Virus record (IMG/VR): IMGVR_UViG_3300028048_000059
Span: 1-64,000 of that record
Reading direction: 5' to 3' (one strand)
Source of the DNA: a virus
Lineage: Duplodnaviria > Caudoviricetes
DNA length: 64,000 nucleotides
Shown here: positions 36,234-48,700 of the stretch, one piece after another
Layout of the letters: each line of letters starts with the position of its first letter
Position numbering within the stretch: position 1 is the first letter of the stretch
The notes under the pieces: generated by a model
Told to the model about the DNA's origin: nothing
The model's database searches: none
What the model saw: the letters and a program-made list of their open reading frames with translations, nothing else
Position numbers and translations under genes: made by a program

Positions 36234-36996
36234 TACAGAAGTTTTAAAATTTCAGCGCGGCTCGCCAGTATTATTGGACGATATTTGCGCTATCTATCCA
36301 CTTACATTAGGAGAAATCGCTGATGTTGGATATGATAAATTTCAGTTGTATTTAGGAATTTTAACTAGTGAAAAACCGACCGATATAAAAGGAGAGCATG
36401 AGCTAGTAAAGTTGTTAAATGATTTATCAGATTTTCAATATTTATTAATGATGACGGCAATCGATAAGCAATCGAATGAAACATTTCGGGATGCTTTTCA
36501 ATTGTTTTGCAAAGAGGACGTTTTTTTCTCGCTTGACCCTCCGCAAATTGTGGTGGGGCCGCCGGAAGAAAAACGAATTTTAGATGAGCAACATTTTTAC
36601 GATTTGCAACACATTTTAAAACGCATGTATTGGATTGAGCAAGACGGCGAAGAGATTGTGATCAATGCGGACGATTCTCCTGCTGTAAGAAATTTAAAAT
36701 TACAGATGAAAAAAAATAGAGAAAGAGTGCGCAAAGCAAAAGCAAATAGGTCACGTCAAGAAGGCCATGATTTAAAGTTTTCTGATTTAATTGGTAGTTT
36801 AACTATAAATAATTGTGGGTTAAACATGGAAAATATTTGGAATATTACATACTATGCTTTTCACGATCAATTAAAGAGAATGGGTTGGCGTGATCAGTTT
36901 AATATAAATCAATCCGCGGCCCTTGCGGGCGCAAAATTAAAGAAGTCACAATTGAAGCATTGGATGCGTACAATTGGTGATTCTGAAAAATCATGA
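36220..36996 (+). CDS. Hypothetical tail-module protein
   Basis: Translationally coupled, C-terminal LAGAK...HW. Confidence 0.6.
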   Translation: MNLTDTEVLKFQRGSPVLLDDICAIYPLTLGEIADVGYDKFQLYLGILTSEKPTDIKGEHELVKLLNDLSDFQYLLMMTAIDKQSNETFRDAFQLFCKEDVFFSLDPPQIVVGPPEEKRILDEQHFYDLQHILKRMYWIEQDGEEIVINADDSPAVRNLKLQMKKNRERVRKAKANRSRQEGHDLKFSDLIGSLTINNCGLNMENIWNITYYAFHDQLKRMGWRDQFNINQSAALAGAKLKKSQLKHWMRTIGDSEKS

Positions 36997-37016
36997 TTTT
37001 TTAGGAGGTAACTCTT

Positions 37017-38796
37017 ATGGCTGTTAATATTTTTGATAAGTACGGTATGTAGATGCTGCATTAAAAAGTAATTTTTAATGAAAATCTCGTGAATTGCTGG
37101 AAAGTCCTAAAGCCTATTTACTACAACATGGCGCGAAAGCGCGAGTGTGAATGTTTAAAAAATAATAGGATGTAACAATGGATAATCAGCAGCCAAGCTA
37201 AGGAGGAATAATAATGTGGAAGACAATTCCCGTTGATGATAATTATGAAGCGAGCAATGATGGACAAATTAGAGAAAAAAGTAATAAAAAAATAGTGTCA
37301 CAATGGAAAGACAAAGACGGATATTTAATTGCAACTTTATCTCAAAAATTATATCGAGTACATCGTTTAATTGCTTTAACTTTTATTAGTAACCCGAATA
37401 ATTTACCGGTGGTTAATCATAAAAATTTTAATAAAAGTGACAATCATGTTGCTAATCTTGAATGGGTAACCTATTCTGAAAATAGCAAACATAGTTTTAC
37501 AGGAAATCATAGAGACGATAGTGTGCAAGTTTGGGTGCAAAAAGTGCAACCACTTGCGGCGGAAGCGTCAAAAACCAAAGTCGCTCAATATGATTTAAAT
37601 GGAACCTTGCTGAACGTTTTCAACAGCCAGCGTGAGGCAAGTGAAAAAACAGGTGTGTGTAGAAGTTCTATCACTCGATGCGTCACTGGACATAGAAAAA
37701 CTGCTGGTGGATATAAATGGGAATACTACTTAGAAGGTTCAACGACTAAGAATGAAGAAAATCCCACTTCATCTGTGCGAGACTCCGAGAAATCGGAAGA
37801 AGATATAGTCTGAACTTATGTGAAAGCATAAGAAGCCATGATGGGTATGGCTGTAACATATTGATCAAAGAGGTTGCCAATGTATATTTTGAAGCGTTAG
37901 CGGATGACCCCGCGGCTAATATTTATAAAGGCGACATCGTACTATTTTTGGATACTCTAAAAGTATCTACTATTGAAACAACCGCTGAGCAAACCGATGC
38001 TACTGGCGGCTGGGGCAACCCCAAACTAATCACTTGGGACTATGGTAAGGAAATTACTCTAACTCTAGAAGATGCTCTAATGTCCTTAGAATCTTTACGT
38101 TTCATGATGGGCGGCGCGATTAAGCGTTCCAAACCTGCGTCTTCTGATTCACAGACTACTATTCCAGCGACTAAGGTGCTTGTCCATCGCACTGAGGAAG
38201 TTGTAGCTGGCGATAATGGCGTCATACCACTACCAGTAGATCATATTACAAAAGCTACTTTATATCCAGAAGCTCTTACTGGTCACCCAATTCGTTTTAT
38301 CAACTATGGCGGCGGCACAGATAGCGCAACTGCTGGTACACGTACACAAGTGACTAGTGGTAAAATGGAAGCTCCCGCAGCTCTTAAGTTTAAGAATACT
38401 GCTATGGGTGTTGCGGAGGAAACATTAGCGACAAAGGGCGACCATATTCGTATTTTCTGGGTTGAAGAAGTTGATGAAGCTGATTCCGCTATTGAAGTAA
38501 CCATTTCTCCCAGCACCTTCCCTGGCACTTATCGTGTTGTTGGTGATACCTTCATGCGCTCTCAGAAGACCGGTAAGGACGAAGCCTTCCAGTTCGTTAT
38601 TGGCAAGGCCAAGGTTTCCTCTGAGGTTACTCTAACCCTAGAAGCCGAAGGCGATCCTACCACTTTCGAAATGACGCTAACCGTTCTTCGTGATACCAAC
38701 GAAGCTGGCGAAGCTGAAATGATGAAGCTAATCCGTTACGGCGATGCTGCCGCAGATGGTGGCACCACTGGTGATGACATCGGTTCTTTAACTTAA
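37017..38796 (+). CDS. Major tail tube protein, spliced (37017..37046 + 37864..38796, ~320 aa)
   Basis: AGGAGG RBS. The join MAVNIFDKYG-IKEVANV matches the paralog's YFGIKELYEV. EGDP motif. Confidence 0.85.
37047..37863 (+). mobile_element. Group I intron in the tail tube gene
   Basis: P1 CGGU|AU..AUGCUG with U-G pair, GAATTGCTGGAAA, AATCAGCAGCC, P7 GACTA/TAGTC, terminal G. Confidence 0.9.
37214..37813 (+). CDS. Intron-encoded NUMOD4-HNH-NUMOD1 homing endonuclease
   Basis: WKTIP..YEASNDG, VHRLIA, VNHKNFNKSDNHVANLEW, TAGGYKW. Confidence 0.9.
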   Translation: MWKTIPVDDNYEASNDGQIREKSNKKIVSQWKDKDGYLIATLSQKLYRVHRLIALTFISNPNNLPVVNHKNFNKSDNHVANLEWVTYSENSKHSFTGNHRDDSVQVWVQKVQPLAAEASKTKVAQYDLNGTLLNVFNSQREASEKTGVCRSSITRCVTGHRKTAGGYKWEYYLEGSTTKNEENPTSSVRDSEKSEEDIV

Positions 38797-38805
38797 TATA
38801 ACATT

Positions 38806-39690
38806 ATGATAGATCAATATTTCGGAATAAAAGAGCTTTACGAAGTAGCTCTAAAAGCAAAAACTCCGATGCAATTCGGAGAACGTTATTTAGAAGCTGG
38901 CGAACCTGTTCTATATTTTGAGAATGTTGAGATATCAACCTTAACTGAGCGTTCCTCCCCCATAATGGCTCGTGGCGGTTGGTCCAATTTGCCACGAGTT
39001 ATTTGGGAGGACCGCTCTGAGGTCCAATTTTCTCTTACAGAAGGGGTTCTCTCTTCTATTAGTATGGGAATTCTACTTAGTGCCGCCATGCGGCCGCAAC
39101 CAGAGGAACCATTGCTCGTTCCTAAGAAAGAAGGGCCTTATTCACTTTTTACAGTGGGGCAAGAAAATCGTTTATATTTAGAGCATTGGCCTGTGGACTA
39201 TCCTGTACGGAAAACATTTATTTATGAATATTCGCGTGACGTTGCGCAAAAGAAATATTACGGTAAAAAAATATTCGGCGTTCCTGACCCTTGGGATGAC
39301 GATAAAGAGCGTCCTTGTATTGCAGTTTATGAAGACAAGGCATGCACAATACCGGCAGACGCAAGTAAGAAATATATTGTAGATTATTACTATCAATATA
39401 CAGATGAAGCTTTGATTTATACAATCAATAAAGAGCGGTTTAATGGATTATTCACTCTTGAGGGTAAGTTTTACTCCAAGGATGAAAACGAAGGCTTGAA
39501 TTATACTAATTTAATTTATATGCCTCGCGTGAGAGTCGTAAGTGATATAAACTTACGCTTGGGAGAAAGGGCTGATCCAACAACGTCTGTTTTTCATATT
39601 ATTGGATTGCCAGAAACAATATCCAATAATAGTAAGGGTACAATATTGGAGATAACGCGCTTAAATGATGACATTGATGCGCAAGAGTAA
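38806..39690 (+). CDS. Tail tube protein paralog
   Basis: GIKE, ARGGWSN...W and ADPT motifs shared with the upstream tail tube. Confidence 0.7.
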   Translation: MIDQYFGIKELYEVALKAKTPMQFGERYLEAGEPVLYFENVEISTLTERSSPIMARGGWSNLPRVIWEDRSEVQFSLTEGVLSSISMGILLSAAMRPQPEEPLLVPKKEGPYSLFTVGQENRLYLEHWPVDYPVRKTFIYEYSRDVAQKKYYGKKIFGVPDPWDDDKERPCIAVYEDKACTIPADASKKYIVDYYYQYTDEALIYTINKERFNGLFTLEGKFYSKDENEGLNYTNLIYMPRVRVVSDINLRLGERADPTTSVFHIIGLPETISNNSKGTILEITRLNDDIDAQE

Positions 39691-39727
39691 GCCACTTCCT
39701 TCAACGAGGAAGTGGCTTTATTTTTTT
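39689..39727 (+). terminator. Rho-independent terminator
   Basis: AAGCCACTTCCT/AGGAAGTGGCTT plus T run. Confidence 0.85.
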
Positions 39728-39746
39728 GGGTTAAAGGAGTGATATT

Positions 39747-42700
39747 ATGGCAGGTTCTAGTAGTGGAACTACTGTAACAATTGATTTAGGTGTACAACTT
39801 AGATTGATTGAATCATCTTTACGAGATGCACAAAATGCATTGAAGATGTTAAAACCCGATAGTAAGAGTTTTAAAGAGTTACAAAGGATTTTAGCTGTAA
39901 TTACACAGCAAATGAATAAAATTGAAGCGCAATCGAAATCACCGATTAGTTCGACGAAACAGTTAACGCAAATTGATAGGGAGTTTGCGAAAATTAATGA
40001 ATCAATCGCAAGTTTTCAGACTGCATTAAGTCATGTTGATTTTTCTGATTTGGAATTGGATCCGGGGACTGCAAAGCGATTTCAAGAGTTGACTGAACAA
40101 ATTGCGGCTTCACAGAAAAAATATGAAGATTTAAAACAAGCACAAGCAGAAGCATTAGGTAAAAATGCAGATGTACAGGCATTGGTGCCAGACTCAAAAG
40201 TTGTGCAAAAAGGGTATGATGCATTAGCACAAGCAATTGAAGATGGTGCTACCAAAACAGAAGCAGAATTAAGAGCGGCTGAAAAAGCATTAAACACATC
40301 AAAAAAGAAAATAGACATAGGAAAAAGAATTTATTCTATCACCGGCAATGATGGGAAAAATCGGCTACCGCAAGTAGAGAAACAAAAAATAACAGATGCT
40401 ATACCAGAACTTGATCGTTTTATAAGTACAGATAAAAATGGGGCGATGAGGTTTCGGAGTGGTACGCCATACGGTGGTGGAAAGAGCTTTGGCCCTGGTG
40501 AAGCAAAGCAACAGCTTATACAATATTTAAAGGAATTATATTCTTTAAATGACGCGGAAGTTACAAAATTAACAGAAGAAACTGCAAAAAGCACAAGCAC
40601 ACAATTTTTAGCAAAACTGGAAGAAGAAATCGGCAAAGGCGTAAAATCTGAAATTTTTGGGCGTTCTTTACGAGGATTTAAAAAAGCTTCTTCTGATATT
40701 GGGCAGCAAACAACTGATTATGAAGAAGCAAAAAGTAGAAATGAGCAAGCTCAACGTGCAAGAGATGCTTTAAATACTTCTGGTTCAATTATTGATGCTA
40801 GTAGTGAAACAACGCGTGAAGAAATAGAACATCTTAAAATAGAGATAGAGGATTTAAAAGCCAAATTAACACAAGCAGCACAAGCTAATACGCAAATGCA
40901 AAATAGCTTGAATGATATGGGTGACGCCGCGAAAAAAGGGCAACAAGACCTTGAAAAAACTAATAATGAATTAGAGCGTACAAAAACCGTCGCGTCTGCC
41001 TTTGACAGGATTAAACAAGGCATTATCAATTTCACTGGTTTCCACCAAGTAATGCGTATGGTAGGTTCTGCTGTCCGCGAAGCAATGAATCATATAAAGC
41101 AACTTGACTCAACTATGAATGGTATTGCTATTGTTACTAATATGACGACGGCGGACCTGTGGGATCAGGTTGGAGTATATAGCGATATTGCTCGTCAATA
41201 TGGCGTTAGTATTCAAGGTGCTTATGAAGTTTCTAAAATTTACTATCAGGCAGGTTATGAAACTAATGAAGTAATGACCTTGATGAACGAAACATTAAAG
41301 CTATCTAAAATTTCTGGCCTAGATTATGCAACAACAACCGACTACATGATGACCGCAATGCGCGGCTTCAAGTTAGAAATGGAAGATGCGTCACACGTAG
41401 TTGACGTTTATAGCGGTTTGGCCGCCAATACTGCTGTATCACAGAAAGAATTGGCAGAGGCTATGACACGTACTGCATCTTCTATGGAATCTGTTGGTGC
41501 AACATTTGAAGAAACATCCGCTATGATTGCTACCATGGTAGCTGTTACTCGTGAGTCTGCTAGTAACATTGGTAGCGCGATGAAGAGTATAGGTAGTAGG
41601 TTTGGTGAATTAACAAAAGACCCAACCGCATTGTTAGATGCGGAAGGCGAAGCAATGAGCTTCAACAAAGTTGACAAAGCATTACGTTCTGTTGGTATTA
41701 CGTTGCAAACAACAGATCACCAATTCCGTGACTTTACTGATGTAATTTTAGAGTTGGCTGATAAGTGGGATACATTGGATTCTGCTCAACAGCGTTATAT
41801 AGCGACTCAATTCGCAGGAAATCGTTTGGTATTGCTGGCGTTTTCAAGAGCTGCGTAAAAACTCAAAATAAAACAACGTGAATTGCGGGGACATCCTTAG
41901 AGTCTTTTTAACTAAACATTCATAGTAATATAGAATGCGGCTTTCAGTAATGATGAAAGGTATGGTAAAATCAAAAAGAATTGGATAATCCGCAAGCAAG
42001 CATCCCAATATTTGACAAGATAGAATTTTTATGTTATAATAAAAGAAAAAGGTTGAATTTTATGTTTAAAAAAATTATTTTAGATGGAGAAACCACACGA
42101 TGGTCAGTTGATGAAAGTGGCCGCGTTAGGAATGATGAAACAGGTCATTTTTTAACTGGTACGATTTTACATAGCTATCGTTATATTAATTTTCGATGGA
42201 ACGGTAAACAGAAGAATAAGTCAGTTCATCGTTTAGTGGCAGAAGCATTTTTGCCCAATCCAGAAAATTTGCCTTATGTTCATCATAAAGATGGAAATAG
42301 GTTAAATAATAATTTGGAAAATTTGGAATGGGTTACGGAGCAAGATAACCGTTTAGAAGCTATAATGCCGCAAGGATATAAAAAATATGATGGTACTAAG
42401 ATCGAAGGCGAGCAATGGCGCTATTTTAGAGATAGCGTTTATCAAGTATCTGATTACGGGCGTGTTAAAAACACAAAAACTGGAAAAATTTTAAAAGGCA
42501 CTGCCAGTGATTGTGGTTATATTCGAGTAGATTTACAATTAGCTGGACAAAAGCGTCGTAAATTTTTAGTTCATCAATTAGTCTATGAGTGTTTTGTTTC
42601 TCCTGAATTTGATGTTATTAATCATATAGATGGTAATAAAAAAAATAATAAAGTAAGTAATTTAGAGAGTGTATCTCATAAAGAAAATTTACAAAAAGCC

Positions 42701-45700
42701 GCGAACGAAACTAATGCATGGCATTTTAGGAAAGTTGCACAATATGATTTAGAAGGCAATTATATTCGAACGTTTTTAAATGCCTCTGATGCCGGTAGGG
42801 CCATGGGTATCTTACCTAGTAGCATGAGAAATTGTATTCGTTTGCGTGGTGGAAAACATAAAAATTTTATTTTTAAATATATTGATGAGGATGAAGCTTC
42901 ATCGACCATCTCGGAAGAGAGTAGGGTGAATAGCCCGAAGTGCGTTGCCCACACTAGTGGTGAAGATATGGTCAAAACTGAATGAGAAATCTTCAGATAC
43001 AAAAATAGCGTGCTATTATAGCACGCTTTTTGTATGCCTTTTTATAAAGGTAGAATTACAGCAATCTCGTTTCTTAGCTCTCGTATCCAATGGAGATCTA
43101 TTGCGTGAAAATCTACGTGTCGCAGAAACTAGCGATGATGTAGGTACAATTCAAGCATTGAAAGCATTGGATTCATTGGAATCGAAGTTAGAGCAAGTTC
43201 GAGTTAGTTATCAACAATTCTATACGTCGATGGGTATTGAGAGCGTATGGAAAGGATTCTTAGATGGCGTTCGACGGGTTATTGATAATTTAAATAAATT
43301 ACCTAAGTTATTTGGTAAATTACCAGTTAATGCAGTCGTTATGATTGCTAATTTGGTTAAAGTTATTAGTCATGGTTTACTAAGTGGGTTAAATAAAATT
43401 GCACAAAATGTTCAAAGTATTATTCAACGTATTAATAAAAACTCCAAGACAGAAGCCGATCAAGGCGGTACGCAGGTTGGAAAAACATGGGTAGATAAAA
43501 TTGTTGATTCAATTACACAGGGGCAAAGTAAGGTTGAACAAGCGGCTCGCGAAACAGTTCAAAAGGCAAATAAAGCGGCGGAAGAAGCTGCGCAAGAAGT
43601 CACGAATGTACAAAAATCAAAGACTAGCAAAGATATTGCGAAGGATGGCCTTAAAGATAACGGCATAGCCGGTATTACTATACCAAAAGGGCAGGCAGCA
43701 GCTGATAAAGCACAATTTAATCGTGATTTATATAATGCATTAGTTGATACATCAAATCCAGAGCAAACTGCGGCTACGTTAGACCCAATTCTTGAAGGCG
43801 TTAATAACGGTACTATAAGTTATAAACAAGCTTTATTAGATGCATCCGCGGCTGTCGCAAAAAATACAAATGAAGCCAAAGGGCTCGGCGACACCATGGA
43901 TTTAGTGGGAAAAAATACTGATAAATTTAAAACAAGCGCAGGCAATTCTGTTGGTGTTGTAGATTCTTTAGTTAAAGAAACCAGTAAAATGGAAACAACA
44001 ACAAAAACTTCTGCTAAGATATGGGAATCTTTTAAATCTGGAGGAGCGTGGAACAAAGCCGCTGTTGGTATTGGAACTGCGATGCAGGCCGCGGCTATGT
44101 TAATTGACACAAGTTCGCGTGCTGGTGAAGTTGCATCTGGGAGCTTTACTACGCTAGGTAGCGCAGTATCAGGTATTGCTGCCGGTGTACGTGTGTTCTC
44201 TGGTGATTTAAGTGCATTACCGCAATTATTATCTAGTGCTGTTTCTCTTTTTAGTGGTATAGGTTTAATAGTTGAAACTGATGCTGAAAAAGTAGAACGT
44301 TTAACAAAAGAAGCTGAAAAATTATCCAATGAAGCGTTGGTTAAGAAAAATGAATATAATACGCTAGATCAGAGTATTAAAAAGTTAGAAGAATTAGAAG
44401 AAAAAAGATATGATAGTGCAGAAGCTGCCGAGGAATATCAAACTGCTGTTGATGAGCTAGCAAAGCAATATCCAGAATTAATTACTGGAATTGATGAGTT
44501 GGGAAATGTTACTATTGAAACTGCGAACATCGAATATGAATTGGAAAAAGCTCGTGCCGCGGCAGCAGAGGCAACATATAATGCGGCCCAAGCTGAACGA
44601 GAAAAAGCTATCGCAGAACGAGATAGTGCTTTAAATGCTTTAACAGGGAAAAAAGAACAAACTTCATATGCGCACAGTATGAATCCAACTGATGGGAGAA
44701 AAGATAATACAAAACGCTTGACGGAGCAAGCATGGAATGAAATTATTGGGGATTATACTGGCAAAACAGATCTTTCTGGATTATACAACACAGATCAGAA
44801 TGGCTTTACAGAATGGATTACTACAGCTGATGGTTTTACCGAGAAGCTATTAAGAGAGATTCTTGAAGGCGCGGCAAACGCCAATTTTGTGGATACGAAT
44901 ACTGGATTTACAATAGTAGCTGGTGAGCCAAACGAAGATAAGAAGGAAATATCTATAAATGAAATTTTGTCTCAATATTTTGATGAATCTGGCGAATTGA
45001 CAGATACAGGTTTAATGTCAAAAATTGATAAAGAAATAGAAGATTTAAATCATGATATTGAAGCAAAAAAGTTTGATGGCGATGAAGGTACTCAAGAATA
45101 TATAAAAAGATCCAAAGCAATTATTGATTTAATTACAGCTAACGGTTTACAGGGATACTATGAGAATTTTTTAGAAAATACGACAGGTGTCACTGAGGCA
45201 GCTAGTGAGTTAGAACGCTCTCGTCGAGTATTGTTATCCACTTCAAAAATAACCATCGATGCTGCGGTTAAAACATATGCTGGCGGTCAAACAGAATTTT
45301 TAGAATCATTAGGTAATTCTAACGCACTTTTAAATCAATATTTATTTGATAAAGCAAATGAACTTGATGCTTATGATTTAGAAAATGATCCAGATGCAAT
45401 TGAAAAGTTTAAGAATTCTGATGATTTTGCAGAAGGTATTGAGGCTTACAAGGCTGAATTTGAAGCATTGTCACCATCCGACACTAAAAAATTCTTAGAC
45501 ATGTGGAAGAATCGCCAAAATTATTCTGAGCAAGATTGGATGGAAGTTTTTGATTTTGACGGCGCATCTGTAATTTGGCAAAGTATTCAAGGATATTATA
45601 GTGATCAAGCTATTGGTTATAGAGATCAATTAGAGCGTTTAAAAAAGCAAATTGATCGTTTGCCAAAAGAAAGCACTTCCGATACATTATTTTCAAATCT

Positions 45701-48700
45701 AGAAAATACGTTACGAGAATTTGCTCCATATTTATCTAGTTCTTTAACTAAGTGGATTGGTGGAGTCTTTGATGAATATGAAAAATATGTTTCTCAAGGT
45801 TTTTATAGCAATGCTAATGATTTAATTATGGGTTTAACTGGCGCCTTAACGTCTTTACAAGGTATGTCAGAAGATGACCGTTTAAATGCCGAGAATATTC
45901 TTCAACAAGTTGATTTTTCATCAATTGAAAGCATTGATAAAGCCATAGAAGCCGCTACTGCTGCTGGCTTTGAGGTTGACTCTTTCATTGTAACTAGTTT
46001 AAATAAAATCAAAGAAGCATATGTATTTAATTTACCATTAGCTATTCAATCATACACAGATCAAATTGTTGCTGGCGCAGATGAATTAGAGCAGTCTTTA
46101 AAAAAGATTAGAAGTGGAGTATCTTTTTCAGAAGCATTAACTGCCATAGAAAAAATAAATACTTATGCAAAGGGCGTACCAGAAGTTTCATTACGAGATT
46201 TTGATCAAAAGAATGGCAAGTTGGTGTTAAATAATCCAGAACTTTTAAAGGCTTACATTGATGCAGAGCGTGCTTCGTTAAAAGAGTCATATGCTCCAAT
46301 TAAAGGAGAACTTGAAAAATATAAAACAGATCAGGAGAAAGGTATTAAAGGAGCATATGTCGATCTTTTAGACACATTAAAGGAAAATGATACTGAGATT
46401 GATGAAAGCATCACTAAACATGCGAATTTAATTAATGCGTTAGAAGCTGCTGGTTTGGCCTATCAAGGCGATGATAAACTTTGGTATACGGTTAAAGATT
46501 TTACTAGCAAAATAGACGGTGGATCTGCTTCGGATTGGATGGTTAATTGGTTACAACAACAACAAGCCAATGCTGACGAAGTAATGAAATACTTCGATAG
46601 CGAGATTATACCATCATTATTCTTAGATGCAGGCTTATATACAGATTATTTAGACGGTATCAAGGCAGCTTTCACTGACGAGCAAGGCAATTTTAATGAC
46701 GTCTTCAATGAACATTTAAATTTTAAAGATATTGCACAAGGTAATTTTTCTGGTATTGAAGATAAGAGAATCGTTAACAATATTCTCCGTCCAGCCCAAG
46801 AAAAAATTAATTCTGAAATGAATACTTTCCTTTCGGATATTATTGAGAAAGGCATTGATAATATTTATTTCCCAGACTATGATTTAGGTTTTGCTGGCGC
46901 TAACGTTCAAAATAACGTTGCAAGCATCTTGGCTGGCCCGAATGGATATACTAATTTAATAAAAGAGTATGGCTCCTGGCTCGGTAATTCCATTGAAGAC
47001 TACAACTCAATGTTCCTCTCTGCCTTAGAAAAAGACACTCAAAAAACACAAGCAATTTCCGACGTTATTAATGACGTCACCTTCATCGGAAAGGATCTCG
47101 CCTATGCATCCGCAGACACAATTAAAGAAATCGCTGATATCTATGGTATGCGCATGGATGAGTTGTTCGATGTTGATAGTTATAATGAAGCATTGGGCGG
47201 CTATCAAGTTAATTTCGCCGCCATTAAAGATTTCTCGCTAGATGAAATTCAAGGCGGCATGGAAGCAGTAGCTGATAGTACCAACTCGTTCTTCCAAGCC
47301 ATGGCAGAAACCATTACCAATGGTATTGAAGGCAAATTAACCTATGGTGAATTAGGTGAATTCCGTCAACGTTTAGATGCATTTGGTATTAATTTGGATT
47401 TGTCATTTAAGCGGACGGCGGATGGATTACAATTAAGCACCAATTCTGCTCGCGATCTCTACTTTGAATTACTGAAAATCGATGCTTTGCAAGCACGTCT
47501 TGTGTTCGATTCTTTGGTTGAATCGTTGGAAGAAACCGATGAGCATTATAAAGACATCAGTTCTATTGCTGCACGTATTGCAGAATTACAAGACTTAATT
47601 GATGATGTTAAAACCAATGATGCGCGTCGCAAGCAATATATGGATGAACTTGAATTAGCAAAAGAAATCTATCAAGTTCGTTCTTCCACAGACAACGATT
47701 CCTTTGATTTCATGAATCGTGACTTGGCACCCGGCATGCAGAACCCAATTGATTATTGGAATGCTGGCGGCGAAGCCTATACCGCGATGAATGAGGCCGC
47801 GAAGAGCGGTTACATGAAAATCGAGGACTTCTACAATATTGTTAATGAAATGAACAACATGGCTGCGACTAGCGGCCAAACGCTTATCTTTATGGGCCAG
47901 ACTCTTAGCGGGAGCGCAGAAGATGCGGCCGCACTTATTGAGGCCGGTTTTGGTGCTTTAAAGAATGTCGATGGTAAGGGTGTGCAAATTTCATTAAAGG
48001 ATATTGGTGCTGGATTTGATGTTGGCGCCGCAGCGATGACCAAAGACTTCGATTCTGGCTTGAAAGCTATGGCGAAGTCGCAGATTGAAATGATTGACTC
48101 TGCCATTAGGATGTTGGAAACGGTTGCTGCATTGGAAGAAATAGACACCGACGAAGACGGCGTGCTTTCAATGGATGAAGTCTTTGATGGGAATGAACTT
48201 AGTGAAAATGTACAACAATGGATTAAAGATACTGATATAGCCGCTGGCGGTATTACTATTGGCGGTAAAACACTATTTGAAGCTATCGACGGTTTAGACC
48301 CCGCGCAAGCTGTTGCCTTATTAAACGAATGGAAAGATATCGATTTCTCCGATCCAATTGCTGCTTGGGATTCAATTAGACAACTTTTGAATATCTATTT
48401 CCCCGGTGCAGAAATCGTAAAAGGCGAATCAATTTTTGATATTTTGAAAGTTCCAAGCGGTGCGAAGGAAGATAGTGAGGCATTTGCAGACTGGGCAGAA
48501 AGTTTAGGGTTAGTTAGTAGCTCAGCAAAAGGAATGATAGATTTCCTTGAAAAAGGGCATGAATTGCAAACTGGTTTACCTTGGTATGAAGCAGTTAAAA
48601 AAGCTTTACTTGGTGATAATACTAGTGAAGATGTTTCTAATTTATTTGATCTTTTTGCCGGGTCTAGTTTATCCGCAGAAGACATGCAATTATGGTCTAA

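Larger units (their letters stand above)
41826..43058 (+). mobile_element. Group I intron in the tape measure gene
   Basis: P1 with U-G pair, 7-bp P10 AUUGCUG/CAGCAAU, GAATTGCGGGAC, AATCCGCAAGC, P7 GACCA/TGGTC. Confidence 0.9.

Noticed and set aside
26117-43058. Pseudogenes, frameshifts, inteins or stop-codon recoding as the cause of split structural genes
   Set aside because: Group I core motifs and P1/P10 pairings explain every break and restore the frame. Long ORFs read normally in code 11.
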